The notes: a model not told the origin generated them from the sequence alone. Shown: positions 1 through 13,521, numbered from the stretch's first letter. The stretch: 64,000 bases of DNA from Amoebidium appalachense (GCA_963693365.1 CAVNZM010000013.1:5384640-5448639); one strand, 5' to 3'. Program-made: numbers and translations.

Positions 1-12
1 GCGCGGGGGAAG

Positions 13-44
<32 letters not shown>

Positions 45-597
45 ATCGTTGTACATGTCTTTTTAATTAAAAAAAAATATGCACGCCACCGGGCATTCTC
101 AACAAGTTGTATGTATGCCTGCTGCTGTCCCCCTCCCCCATCCCCCCCCACCATCCCTCCTCCCCCTCTTCCACCCACCGTCCATTCTACCCCCCGCCCC
201 CTCCCGTCCTCCACAACCGTCCTCATAAAACAACACAACTTTCGAAAACCTGATTCCACGTCCTCCCCCCCCCCCCCCCCCCCCACTCGGCCGCCCCTCT
301 TCCCCCCTCTCTTCTCCCCACTTTCCCCGACGTTTTTAGACAGAATGACAAGCAAGTGTTTATCAAGTGCAGTAAGGGAAACCACAGCTTGATAAAAAGA
401 GCTCACGCAGACCTCCCCGTAAGCGTTTTTGCATGCTACAGTATCTCCTCAGGCTTCTCCTTCCTCCCCTCCCCCCCCCCCGACCCACCTTCTCGCCAAC
501 CCTCCCCACGATTGTACCGTATGATGCGCAGATTAGTTCCCATCCTCCCCCCCCCCTCCCCCCCCCCCCCCCCCTCCCCTCTCCCCCCCCCCCCCCC

Positions 598-2283
598 TAT
601 CAGAATAAATGTGGAGCAGAGGCAGAATTCGGTCCTGTGACCTCTGTAAGAGACAATCACTTCTACATAGCGGATCGAGACTCGGAGTAGAGAGGTTCGC
701 AGGAAGTGGTTTGAGATCTCGGATCCTCCGGTACCATCTGAGGATGGTCCGGCTGCTTTATATACCTGAGCTAATGCCAGTCCGCGAATACATCGTCCAT
801 TGGCTATTGGAAAACTGTAGCCCGAACTCACCACACCACACATGTCAACACACACACAACTTCTTTGCAGTGTACAGCAGTTCCCGTAAAGTTTCTCGTC
901 TGTGCTTAGGGGGTTAGCACACACGCCATGCACCGGCAACACCAGCACGCTTAGCTATAAGGACGCCTGGGGCAGGGACTTTAGCGCTAGTCCACTAGAT
1001 CCATTCTAGACCACACAGTAGATAGGGGGGTGTGGTGACGGCCTCCCCAGGCCTCACCCCTCTTTGGTGTAACTACTGTTGGCTGAGCACCTTATAGCAT
1101 AGCTGGTTTTACACGGTCTGGTCTTGTACACCTACACACACCGACACACAACATAAGTATACGAAAATACAGTGAATACACTACAAAATACACCACCACC
1201 TCCAATAGGATTACAGATTGTCTCTCAGGATAGATCGGGAATATGTACTAGCAAATAGGAAGACAGTTATGGTTCCTGGCGTATGCGGCCCTAGGCGGTC
1301 CCCAAATACGCGGGGGCGGGATAGGCGGGAACAGGCTAAGTACGTGACTGGGAAGAGCAGGAATAAACAGATCATCACTATTCTATTATAACACACCCAT
1401 TCTGCGATATGGCAGCCACTAGCTAGCGAAGGCAGAAATCTATGTCTGCAGAAAGAAAAAGTTACAGGTGATGCATATGCCACATAGCAGCCCTAGTCAG
1501 AGAGACCTAAAATAAGGTGCAGGTATAAAGCATGAAAGTAACGCAAAACTACACTAGCGCTTCAGTCCTTAGAAATCCACTAAGTCTCACACATCCAAGG
1601 CTGGATCCTCTGGCAACTGTTGAGTTGTGAGCATGGCGGTGCTCAGCAGTGTCCTTGTGTAGTAGCGGACCGGAAGATGTTCATGCTGCGACATGAAGAG
1701 AAGTGAAAAGAAGATCTAGAAGATGTACGTCCAGTTGCTGCAGTAGTACCACGGCCGAAGATGAAGTGCATGTAGCTATTCAACGTGTAGCACCGTCCCT
1801 CCTCAGTGCAGTTGAAAATGGTCGTGACGAGCAGAAGTTGACTGGACTTGAGAATGTGGCTTGGAGTAGAAGCTTGTTGATGGACGTGTCTGACAGCACG
1901 TAGGAGTAAGCGCGTGCACCATCTTAAGTGGGCAGTGCCGCCCCTATTCTATGCTACCATATCAGAATAAATGTGGAGCAGAGGCAGGATTTGGTCCTGT
2001 GACCTCTGTAAGAGACAATCACTTCTACATAGCGGATTGAGAGTAGAGAGGTTCGCAGGAAGTGGTTTGAGATCTCGGATTCCAGTCCGCGAGTACATGG
2101 TCCAATAGGATTACAGATAGTCTCTGGATTATGTACTAGCCAATAGGAAGACAGTTATGGTTCCTGGCGTATGCGGCCCCAGGCGGTCCCCAAATACGCG
2201 GGGGCGGGATAGGCGGGAACAGGCTAAGTACGTGACTGGGAAGAGCAGGAATAAACAGATAGACTATTTATTCTATCATAACA
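598..2283 (-). mobile_element. Non-autonomous LTR retroelement (TRIM-like) inserted in a poly-C/G tract
   Basis: Direct repeats at 1960-2283 and 598-1393 (the latter has an extra ~400 bp at ~800-1200). On the minus strand both start TGTTAT and end TTCTGATA. The 5' LTR is followed immediately by TGGTAGCATAGAAT, a primer-binding site resembling the complement of the tRNA-iMet 3' end. A purine-rich GCAGAATGGGTG precedes the 3' LTR. The ~570 bp internal region has no intact ORF. Both flanks are C runs on +. Confidence 0.8.
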
Positions 2284-3084
2284 CCCCCCCCAAAAAAATC
2301 ACATTCCTCGGCTTACTTTCTGTTAAACTATCTGCTGTGGCAAGTGATTCTGCACAGGTGCAGAAATGCTGCGGACATGTGATAATAAGAAAAGGTTCTT
2401 GGAAGAACAAGTCGTTGAACCCTTTAATTACAATCTAACGTAAGGTGAACAGCCTAAATGCTGGTTGCCGGCCAGACTCAGTCAGTGGGTACCCCCTCTT
2501 CCCCCCCCCCCCCCCCCCCTCCCCTCCCCCCCCCCCCCCCCCCAACCCCAACCTACCCTCCCCAAAACACTCACGCTTGAGACACACACACACACACCCA
2601 CAAACCCACATGCGGCGCGCGCGCACACACACACACACTCTTAGCCTCAACACACATATTCCGAATACGGCGCGCGTGCGCACACGCACAAGCACACAAC
2701 ACACACACACATGGACAAGCGCACACACGAAAACACGCACACAGCGACACACGTACACACACAGACAGAGACGCATGTGCACACACACACATACACCGGA
2801 GTTTTGCTGCAGCCAGTGATCATGAGGATCATGAAAGCATACGGCAGACACATGGGTCATATGTTGAGATATGGTTTTTTTTATTAACCAGTCCTATTGT
2901 TTGGTATTAAGTGGCTGTCAAAGGGCATTCGAAAGTTGTTCCTGTGTGCACACACTAGTACTCGCTTGAGTGTTGGCACGAAATGTGTTCATACTACTGT
3001 TTAGTACTGAAAATGATTAAACCATTTGATATAACATAAGGGCACTGTCATAACTCAATTGTGAAAAACATTCCCGGCCCTTTT

Positions 3085-3468
3085 TTACGGAGAGTTGAAG
3101 TAGAAAGACTTGCAGCAGTAGTCGTATGTGCAGTGCTCGGTGGAGTCAGGGCGGGGCTTGCAGCGCAAGATGGCGTTTGTCTTGGGGTCGGTCTTGTACG
3201 TGGACCCCGGCAGGCACGTGATGACCGTGTTGCAGGGCACGTACGAGGGCGGCACGGCGCAGCAGTAGTCGATGGTGCAGGGCTGTGTGGTGCCTGTGCG
3301 GGGCTTGCAGCGCATGATGCCGTGCGTCTTGGGGTCCTTCTTGTAGACGTTGCAGTCGACCTTGCTGTCGCACGGAACGAACGAGGACGTTGTGTCGCGA
3401 CGTGCCGCGTCGGCAGTGCCAGCAGCGGCAAGGGCGGCAAGGGCGGCGAAAACAACCTTCATGACCAT
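3085..3468 (-). CDS. Small secreted cysteine-rich protein, copy 1 (127 aa, two 6-Cys repeats)
   Basis: Intronless ORF MVMKVVFAALAALAAAGTADA-ARR... with a signal peptide and two C-x5-C-x14/17-C-x9-C-x4-CC repeats. Third codon positions are strongly C/G. The start was assigned by comparison with the three paralogs (the longer 163 aa ORF call is upstream read-through). Confidence 0.9.
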   Translation of the reverse strand: MVMKVVFAALAALAAAGTADAARRDTTSSFVPCDSKVDCNVYKKDPKTHGIMRCKPRTGTTQPCTIDYCCAVPPSYVPCNTVITCLPGSTYKTDPKTNAILRCKPRPDSTEHCTYDYCCKSFYFNSP

Positions 3469-3574
3469 TTTGAACTCTTTACCTTTGATGTCTGAGAGAG
3501 GGAATAATTGGGTGCAAGCGCCGCCGCGAGCAGCTGAATTGTTTCGTTTGAAGTGAGGCAATGGACGGAAATTC

Positions 3575-3665
3575 ACGTCTCTTTATACCCAAGGCTAAAT
3601 AACATCGACCAATAGCAAGTGTCGTTATCTATTTTATAGTTTTTGTCAAACTTGCTCACCAATCA
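3575..3665 (-). promoter_or_regulatory. TATA box plus two CCAAT boxes upstream of Cys-rich copy 1
   Basis: TATAAAG on minus at ~3581-3587; CCAAT at ~3609 and ~3659. Confidence 0.55.
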
Positions 3666-4247
3666 TAGTGGTTTTTATTTATAGATTTGAACGTTAACTT
3701 CTTCGGGGTTGTTTGAACTTCTTCGAGAACGGGGGCTGTTTGAACTTTTCTATTTCAACAAAAAATGTAACCCAGTAATAGCCTATGTAATGCAAGTTTC
3801 CCGTAATCAGTAAACAGGTGCTGCCTATGTCTTTCCAATTGTGCGTCATTTCAGTTGTCTGACTTATCTTTTCGCTAAAACCCCTGTCGACAACGCCCAC
3901 TGCCCACATCAGTAAAATCATTCCGAGACAGATGTTCATTCATTCCAATCGCATTCCAATCGACTTCCCGATTGGTCCAGACGGTTACACTACAGGCTAC
4001 AGCACCAGTCCTGGCTGGGGCCTGGGGAATCACCGGTTACTAACACCGCGAGTTGAGTCACCTGGCTTGACGCCATTTATAAGAAGAAAAAAAACACCGA
4101 AATACATAATTCTAAACTATGTCGGAATAATGTTGATGTACATGCTTCGTCCCGCATTCTTGACAAGTTGAATAACAGATATCGATAGAAATCTAACTCA
4201 ATTTTGGTATCATATCGGTTTGTTTATTCGTATAAAAGCAAAGGATT

Positions 4248-4326
4248 TTGATTGGCCAATTTTGTTTCTACACTTTAAGATTTCCGATTGGTCAACTCCG
4301 CTTTCCTTTGAGGTATATAAATAAAG
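4248..4326 (+). promoter_or_regulatory. CCAAT boxes plus TATA box upstream of Cys-rich copy 2
   Basis: GATTGGCCAAT at ~4250-4260, GATTGG at ~4286, TATATAAATAAA at ~4314, about 90 bp before the ATG. Confidence 0.6.
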
Positions 4327-4405
4327 AGAATCAGTCAGTCATCGTAGTACCTTATACTGTTCACTCGAATTCGCATCAGCCACTTTCTATTCTTCGATCT
4401 TCAAA

Positions 4406-4789
4406 ATGGTTATGAAGGTTGTTATTGCCGCCTGTGCCGCCCTTGCCGCTGCTGGCACTGCCGACGCGGCACGTCGCGACACAACCTCCTCGTTCGTTTC
4501 GTGCGACAGCAAGGTCGACTGCAACGTCTACAAGAAGGACCCCAAGACGCACGGCATCATGCGCTGCAAGCCCCGCACAGGCACCACACAGCCCTGCACC
4601 ATCGACTACTGCTGCGCCGTGCCGCCCTCGTACGTGCCCTGCAACACGGTCATCACGTGCCTGCCGGGGTCCACGTACAAGACCGACCCCAAGACAAACG
4701 CCATCTTGCGCTGCAAGCCCCGCCCCGACTCCACCGAGCACTGCACATACGACTACTGCTGCAAACCCTTCTACTTCAACTCGCCGTAA
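4406..4789 (+). CDS. Small secreted cysteine-rich protein, copy 2 (127 aa)
   Basis: Complete intronless ORF with AAAATGG start context, signal peptide and 12 Cys in the mature region; near-identical to the other three copies; divergent from copy 1. Confidence 0.92.
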   Translation: MVMKVVIAACAALAAAGTADAARRDTTSSFVSCDSKVDCNVYKKDPKTHGIMRCKPRTGTTQPCTIDYCCAVPPSYVPCNTVITCLPGSTYKTDPKTNAILRCKPRPDSTEHCTYDYCCKPFYFNSP

Positions 4790-5299
4790 TTGGCCCGATT
4801 AAAATATAGTTATTTCATGATGTGTTACTAACGGTACTTCCGTAGAGTGAATAATTTTGAAGCCTTGAGGTCGGTGCAAATCGCCTGTGGTAAATGACAT
4901 TGTTTGGTATGTATGCTTGCGAATAAGTGTCACGGCGGATAGTAAGTTGGCCGGTACCTGCAAATGAATAATAAAAAACAGTTAAACAGGAAGGAAAAAT
5001 CTCCGGCCAAATGTTTGTGATTACATTATGCGCACTTGTGTTGTGATTGAGCGTCACAGTCGGTCCAGGTGCGGTGAGTGTGCACATGTGTGCATGTGTG
5101 ACATTGTGTGTGTGTATACATAGACATAACTCAGCATGGTGTACGTGGGAAGGCTGTGCCAATATTAATATTAATGCATGCCTCAGCATGCACTCACGGG
5201 TGTTGTATGTACTTCTGGCAGGTGTTCACTTGTGCACAATGATATGGTGCTTTACTGCACGTGGATGTGCCCATGGTGTTGTGAGCATGATGTACACTT

Positions 5300-5520
<221 letters not shown>

Positions 5521-6304
5521 GGCATTTAATGTGACATGTGTGCCACAGTGGGTGAACGGTTACCTGTAACATGCTACAGTGCACATGTTTACACAACACG
5601 TGTAAAGGTTATAAGCCATCGACCAGGCTGCCAGGGGATCAGTGACGCAGAGATACCGTAGTGGTAGATGCGCTTCCGTGGAGATCATCGGCCAGTTACG
5701 TACTAAGTCACGGCGTGCCACAGTGGCACCCCTACAAGTCAAAGCATACATAGTACGATTGGGCGCGAGCTTTTGGAGGGGGGGGGGGGGGGGGGGGGGG
5801 GGGAGGGGAGGGGGGATATCTATGGCTTTAGTCTCGTGCCTGTGACAGCAGTTGTTTCATGAACTCATGATGTTAAAGACACCGTACCCGTCCCAACTCA
5901 CCATGCGCATGCAGGCGAGTACCATGTTGCCCGAAATACGTATAACAAGATAATTAAAAGTAGAATCAATCTGAAGTACCTGGTGTTCTAGATCTTGCGG
6001 GTCAACCAGTACATATGCCGTCCGCCATTAAGAACCCCTTCGAAATGGCCCGGGGTGCGGGGCATAATCTTATTTGTTTTAGAGGCTGAGGTCAAGTAAG
6101 TGGCAGGGGGGGGGGGGGGGTGGGGGGAGGGGGTAGGGGGGCAGTCAGTGGAGGTCTCTTTTTTCCTGCCATGGTTTTATAATGGTGACGGTGCCACGGT
6201 GTGTGTTTGTGTGTTTGTGTGTGTGTGTGTGTGCGCGTGCGTGCGTGTGTGTGTGCGTGTGTGTATGCGTGTGTGTGTGTGTGTGCACATGTGTTACAAT
6301 GTCA

Positions 6305-6335
<31 letters not shown>

Positions 6336-6363
6336 ACACTGTGTGTGTGTGTGTGTGTGTGAC

Positions 6364-6454
<91 letters not shown>

Positions 6455-7416
6455 CAGTGTGTGTGTGTGTGTTGTGTGTGTGTGGTGTATGTGTGTGTGT
6501 GTTGTGCACTTGTGCATGGATGTGCATGTCTTTGGTTGGGGGTTCAACGCCCGGTTCGGCGGGCATGGCGGGGGCCCCGGGAAGGGGGGAGGGGGCCGGT
6601 TGGTGGTGAGGGTGGTGGTGGTGGTGGTGGTGGGGGGGGGGGGGGGGGGGGGGGGGGGATATTTACTGTACCAGATGGGTCGCGGCTGTGTGTCCAGGCG
6701 CCGGGCCACACGGCTGGTTGTGATGTAGTAAGTCAATTGCCACTAACTTACTCGACTTGAATACTGAATACGATTTTATAAACAATAAGAAAAATAGGAA
6801 TATGGTGGTTATCAGAAAATTAAATCATGTTGAGGGCCCGGCGGCAGCCAACAAAGCTTTGTAAAATGGGCGAGCCTCAGGGGGCATTGGCTCACGGTGT
6901 GTTTACCACCATACAGACGGCGTCCACGAATAAGAAACTACTGCCCGGGGGGGTAAAGCTGAGTTTCTTAATTCAATTATACCCAAAATATCCGGTAACT
7001 GAGGTTTCTTAATTTATTGGGGGGGGGGGGGGGGGGGGGGGTACATGTTCTTGTTTCGTGCAACACTTAAGGCCAAAAAAACGCCAGTTTATACATATTT
7101 GTGAGTAAGGGCGCAGCCCTCCCAAACACCACATCTCAGAACAAAAAATTTTCTCTACACAAACTTTAATTTTTTCTGACTCTACCCCCCCCCCCCCCCC
7201 CCCCCCTCCCCGGTCTGCCCCTGCCCAGCTCTAGTGTATAAAAAGCACGTGTGCGTGTGCGGACGTTAACACTTCATATCCATGCACCATTTCCGTACAA
7301 CTACGGCTCCCACGCGCATACACACATGCGCGCGCGCGCGCACACACACACACACAAGCACACACACACATGCATGCACACACACACCAACACACCCGCA
7401 CACACACGTACGCACT

Positions 7417-7481
<65 letters not shown>

Positions 7482-7624
7482 CACACACACACAGATTCAA
7501 AACATATTTACAAACGAACCAAAACAATGAAAAGGTGCAGGAAAAAAACATATATATAGGAAAAAGCACAAACAAACATGCCCTCCCCTCACCCCTTTCC
7601 ACCCACCCACCCACCCACCCGGCC

Positions 7625-7656
<32 letters not shown>

Positions 7657-7844
7657 CCCCCCCCCCAAAAAAAAATAAGAAAAAAGAAGAAGAAGAACGA
7701 AAGAAAGAAAGAAGGAAAGAAGGAAAGAGGGAGAGAACAGAAAAAAGAACTGAAAGCCAGTGAACCGTACAACCGCAACATTAACTTGGCTCGTCCACAA
7801 ATATTTCTTCCTGCCCCAATATTAGACAAATCCAGGTACTCTCA

Positions 7845-8630
7845 ACCTTCCTTCTCTATGACACACCACACACCCCTGCCGCCCTACAGCCAAGTTTTCC
7901 CCGTTTGCTTCATATTCTCCTCCTGACAGACACTGATGGCAGACGCTCACCAGATACATAATCCACTACAAAATTAAACCCTCGCTTCTTAGCCTCATCC
8001 ACCACCACACCCTTAAGCCACCCGACAAGGGGGAAGCGGCGCAATATTTCACGGCCAATCATCCCTCTACCTAAACGAGGGCACTCGCTCACCACAGAGT
8101 AACCCTCAGGCACAGCCCAGAGGTTTACTTCCTCCTCGTCATCACTATCACCACCATCCTCCGGCTCAACATCAGCATCTAAATCTAGCACATCCTCCTC
8201 TGGCTCTCTATGCTCTTCACTATCCTCTTGGGACACTCCCCCTGCCTCTTCCCCCTTGTCACCAACCCCTACCTCCCCCATCTCCTCCCCAAGTTGCACA
8301 CGAGCACCAGCCACCCCATTATCTCTACCCACCTGGCTGCATCCTTTTCGTTGGAGAGAGTCACTGTTGCGTTTCGTCCACCAACAGACAGCTTAACAGT
8401 CTTAGTGACCTGAAATTTGTTGGGGAAGCTAAAAAGCGAGGCTTGCTTTTTCATTCGACCCATGTTTGCAAATGCTGTGTGGTGACCTGCCTACCAGTTT
8501 GCTCCTATGGTGGCTAGAATACTTGTACCAAAATAGACGAGAAAAAAGCCTTCTGTATGAATACCCAGCCCTCCCCACCCCAGAATATTTGACTGTGCGC
8601 GCTACGTTTGAAACTTTTGTTGCCAAACTG
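7845..8630 (-). pseudogene. Frameshifted relic ORF with an acidic tract and a Tudor-like C-terminal module, probably transposon-derived
   Basis: Overlapping ORF fragments in different frames (8429-8626, 8269-8463, 7910-8332). The last has a D/E-rich stretch then IGREILRRFPLVGWLKGVVVDEAKKRGFNFVVDY, a Tudor-like beta pattern, continuing in shifted frames as HQCL..Y..VWCVI. Confidence 0.45.
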
Positions 8631-8889
8631 ACCCCGTCTTTCCCGCCTTCGTTGCTTTATATGTTAGCTGGCCACCGTGTCCAGCCCGTTAAAAGTTGGC
8701 GGCTTCCCGCGAAAAGTTTTCAGGAAAAGGACCAACTGAGAGCAAAAGCCCATTTCTCATATTTACATGTTAAAGCCGAAAATGAATATTGGGCCCTGAA
8801 ATGTAAAAAAGCCCTCTATGCCCGGCAGGAACACCACCTCAAAAACCCCCTGCCACTTACTAATAATAAAATAAGAAATCTAATTGGGG

Positions 8890-8980
8890 AACAGGTAAAG
8901 CTACTTTTCTTATTTTTTCCCGATTTCGGTAAAGCTACTTTTCTTATTCTTGGAATTCTTATTCGCGGACGCCGCCTGTA
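8890..8980. repeat. 21-bp direct repeat, possible transposon subterminal region
   Basis: GGTAAAGCTACTTTTCTTATT occurs twice (~8894, ~8928), followed by a third TTCTTATT and ...CGCCGCCTG|TA. Confidence 0.4.
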
Positions 8981-9030
8981 GAATGTGTGGCAGTGTGTTT
9001 GTGTGTGACAGTGTGCCCGGGAGGGGGAGG

Positions 9031-9072
<42 letters not shown>

Positions 9073-9259
9073 GAGAAGGGGGGAACGGGCCCCAAGGGGG
9101 ATGAGGAGGCCTAGAAATGGGGAGGAGTGAAGGGTGGTGGAGGCGGGGGGGGGGGGGGGGGGGAAGAGCTGAGACCGGGGTGCAGGCCAGGGCATAATCA
9201 GTAAGCCTTGTAACTGCCATAGATTACATACCACTCACGTCGGACAGCCTGCGCGGTGG

Positions 9260-10143
<884 letters not shown>

Positions 10144-11010
10144 TGATGCATGCCATGGGGGTTTACATAATGGTGATGTTCTCTGCGGGCCGTGGTCGCG
10201 ACCCAGGTGATTGCTTTTTTTGAAAAGCCAAGCGACGATGCGCGCTGGTCAAATCTGAGATGGCCAGATGTGATCGTAGGCTGTCGCCGGCATTCTGCCG
10301 GTGAGACTCAGCCCGCATGAGTCGGGCATGAGAACATTCCATCCACTCCATCGATCCGTGAAGCGCGCCCCACATATGCATGCATATCATCAGTGCTTGT
10401 GCATGTGTTGAAGTGTGCATGCAAAGTGGGTGTTTTTTGGGCCTGGCCTACATATATGCAACTGTGCCTTGTACCTGGGTTGGCAGGCCTTGGATGGGTT
10501 TATTGTAGTATGCCATGAGCACTTTTTTGTGAGAATGTGCTGATTGTTATCACCGATCCCAGCCTTCCAATCCCAGGGTCATTCGCAAGGAATGCCCCTC
10601 GATAACCGAATTTGGCATCTGCTTATTTTGTGGCATGATTTGATCATGGCGTGCGCACCTGTTATCACCATTGTTATCACGGTATAATCAGCACATATTT
10701 CAGTACCTGGAAGAAAAAATTAAACAACAACAGCAACACTATCGTCTTTTTTATATTTACTTCTGCATTTTTTTTATTCACCGTCCTTTCCAGCTTCAGC
10801 CTTTGCCCTAATGCCAAGCGTGCGACGACCCGTACCGGAACCAAGCTTTTGTGTTTATCGCCGTTTGCGATCCCGCGGTACTACTGGTGGTCATGCATGG
10901 GAGCAATTGAATAGCTCACTGCAACGCGTGCTCTACACACACGCACACAACCAGCTAATACCGAGTGTCCCAGGGGAGCCCCTTAAAAAAAAAAAAAAAA
11001 TAATAACAAC

Positions 11011-11044
<34 letters not shown>

Positions 11045-12045
11045 TAAAAATAAATAAAAAATAAAAATAAAAATAAATACGGGGAACCCCAACTAATTGA
11101 TTTCTCTTTGTAGTCTTTATGGTGTCTCGTAGAGAAAGTAAACCCTGATATATAGTCATCACAAGACATCTAGGTACGTGATCATGATATACCGCTGAGG
11201 GGATATTCCGAGGAAAAAACCCCCCATACCTGAGACTGGTTTCTCTTTGCCTCGAGTAAACAGCGTAAACCCCTTCTCTACTTCTGGACTGGACATGCCG
11301 ATTTGCACCAATTTCCAATACTTTCTTTTCCTTTGACAACAAAAAATCCTTATTGGTGGTCTGTTTTTCATATTTATCATACCTTGACATTATTATACTT
11401 GTTGAAAACTCTTCGTCAACCAAACCTACAGGCCGAGGCAATGTGTAAAAGTACGTGATGGCATTCCAAATCCATGCTTAAGAATGTCTGTCTGCAGATT
11501 GGCTTTAAATTTATGCACCTTCCCTGAAGGGTTTTTCTACATGAAAAAGCATATGTGTTCCTGTAAACCCTTCTTCTTCGCTATGAACAAGAAAATACTA
11601 AGTCTATTTAAAACCAGAAGTTTCCCTACTATTACCATGACTTTCTGCAAGGGCAGCCCCAACACAAAATCCGATCACCCTGCGCAGATTTAACCTCCCC
11701 TGATCTTATATGCGGTTGCCATGTAACTGGAAATTCTGTCTGGAATGCACAGGGGGAGTCCGAGAGAGCATCGCAGACAGACTGCAGACAGACCTTACAA
11801 AGTTCAATGTAGGATAGGAAGAGATGAGAACACTTCGCACAGCACTGCTGCGAGGGGGCTGAGAGGCTGCAATATCATAGAATATTAGGGCCATGGCCAG
11901 TGTGCCAGCTTTCAGTCTGGAATTTTTTTGTTCAACTGCAGTAATAGCATATGTAGTGGCAATTGGTAGTATTTTCCTCTAACTTGAACCCTGTCCGTCT
12001 CCTTTCTATGTCTTGTTCACACAACTTCTCAATAAAGCCTAGAAT

Positions 12046-13521
12046 ATGGCACACACAAATAGGGACCAATCTTCTTCAAAGGTCATAAAAAGCCAGGCTG
12101 GGCCCACGAAAACCAACCCCTTGGAGATACCAGAAAGTTGCGAATGTGTTGACATCACAAACTCGGACTCTTCGGGTAATGGCCAAAGGTCCTCTGAGGT
12201 CGCATCTACTTCCGGTGGCACTAGTCAGCAAGAACATTGTAATAAACAAAAAGGAAATGAGGTCCCATCAGATGCCGACTCGGCAGCGGGTGATAAGCAG
12301 GATGGGGGTCTGGAGTGGCCCCTACCTTCAGAAGTGCTCCTTCCGATTAGAGACCCGACAGAAGCATCGAAACGGCTCGGGATGGCCGCAGGTGTTGTGG
12401 TCACGGTCAGTGGGACCTACGTTACACTTGGGTTCGTTGCTACGTTTATAACGCCGCCCATCTTAAGCGAGGGCGACGGGGTCGAGAGCTGTCTAAACCC
12501 ACTACTGTGCCACATATCCGCCGCCTTGGGATGGCTCTGCTGTGGCCTCTCCGCATGTTGTTTTCTGAGTGTGCCGGTAGGTATCTTTGTCTACTTCAAG
12601 AAACTATCACACATGCCGACGCGCGGACGGCTGCCTGTGTGGCAATTTTCACTCAGTGCGCTTGGTTTTTCTCTCGCTTTTGTTGACCTGGCATACTTCT
12701 TTCTTGAGGAGTGGACCGGTGGCCTCTACCCAGTATACGACTACATGGACAGTCTAGCGCGGTCCCCCCTGCGCATGTTGTTAGCGGTTGCCCCTGGGTG
12801 TCTCACGGCCGCGCTCACCATCATTCCCGTCACGAGTCTTCTCCTTCGTTTTGTGGTTATTTACTTAGGCCGCCCACGCCTCTGCCCCCCCGGGTGGGTT
12901 TCTTTCTGGGAGGTTCACACTATCCGTCGGTTCGCAAACAAAGTCCCATACATATACCTCGCCGTGGGGATTATCCCGGGGGTGCTTCTGTTTTGCATCT
13001 TCAGTACGACGGACTACCTCATACGCACCGTGCCCGTGATCGAGGAAAGCAGCGCATGGCCCATCCATTTGAAAATCCCCGTTATCGTCAAGTGGTACCG
13101 CAACGTTCTGTTGGCGGTCGATCTAATCGCCGTGGGTTGCTTGTTCATCATCAGACGGGCACTAAGTTTGAACGACCTCGACCAGACCAAGGTGCTCATC
13201 ACATCATCCCTTCTACTTGCGCTGGGTCATTTCTACTATTGGTACCTGATTGACTATCTGATGGTTTCACTGTGGCCCAAGATTGGCCTGTTGGTCATTG
13301 TCATGTTGCAGGCGGTGGCTTTGGGCTATTATTACTATTCGGTGGTTCAGGTGATGCGTAAAAAACAGGAAACGGACACGGGAACAAGGATAGCGCTGGT
13401 TCGGTCCGGCGGTGTTCAGGCCATGCCTCATACTGATGGGTCTGAATCGTGCGATGAACCACTGGCGGCACAGCAGCCGTTGAGCGCAAAACCGTTCGGT
13501 GAAGGGAGGGAGGAGGTTTAA
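12046..13521 (+). CDS. Intronless multi-pass membrane protein (about 8 TM), possibly GPCR-like
   Basis: 491-aa uninterrupted, non-repetitive ORF: ~110 aa polar N-terminus, about 8 hydrophobic segments and a polar C-tail. The loop LFIIRRALSLNDLDQTKVLITS loosely recalls the class C GPCR TM5-6 loop (weak). Confidence refers to it being a CDS; the family assignment is much less certain. Confidence 0.8.
   Translation: MAHTNRDQSSSKVIKSQAGPTKTNPLEIPESCECVDITNSDSSGNGQRSSEVASTSGGTSQQEHCNKQKGNEVPSDADSAAGDKQDGGLEWPLPSEVLLPIRDPTEASKRLGMAAGVVVTVSGTYVTLGFVATFITPPILSEGDGVESCLNPLLCHISAALGWLCCGLSACCFLSVPVGIFVYFKKLSHMPTRGRLPVWQFSLSALGFSLAFVDLAYFFLEEWTGGLYPVYDYMDSLARSPLRMLLAVAPGCLTAALTIIPVTSLLLRFVVIYLGRPRLCPPGWVSFWEVHTIRRFANKVPYIYLAVGIIPGVLLFCIFSTTDYLIRTVPVIEESSAWPIHLKIPVIVKWYRNVLLAVDLIAVGCLFIIRRALSLNDLDQTKVLITSSLLLALGHFYYWYLIDYLMVSLWPKIGLLVIVMLQAVALGYYYYSVVQVMRKKQETDTGTRIALVRSGGVQAMPHTDGSESCDEPLAAQQPLSAKPFGEGREEV

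Noticed and set aside
3048-4809. Alternative-frame and antisense ORFs over the Cys-rich genes (also at 16576-18142)
   Set aside because: Shadow ORFs caused by GC-rich third positions; conserved only because the DNA is duplicated.
8466-8981. 171-aa plus-strand ORF
   Set aside because: No recognisable motif; it overlaps the antisense relic and runs through non-coding direct repeats.
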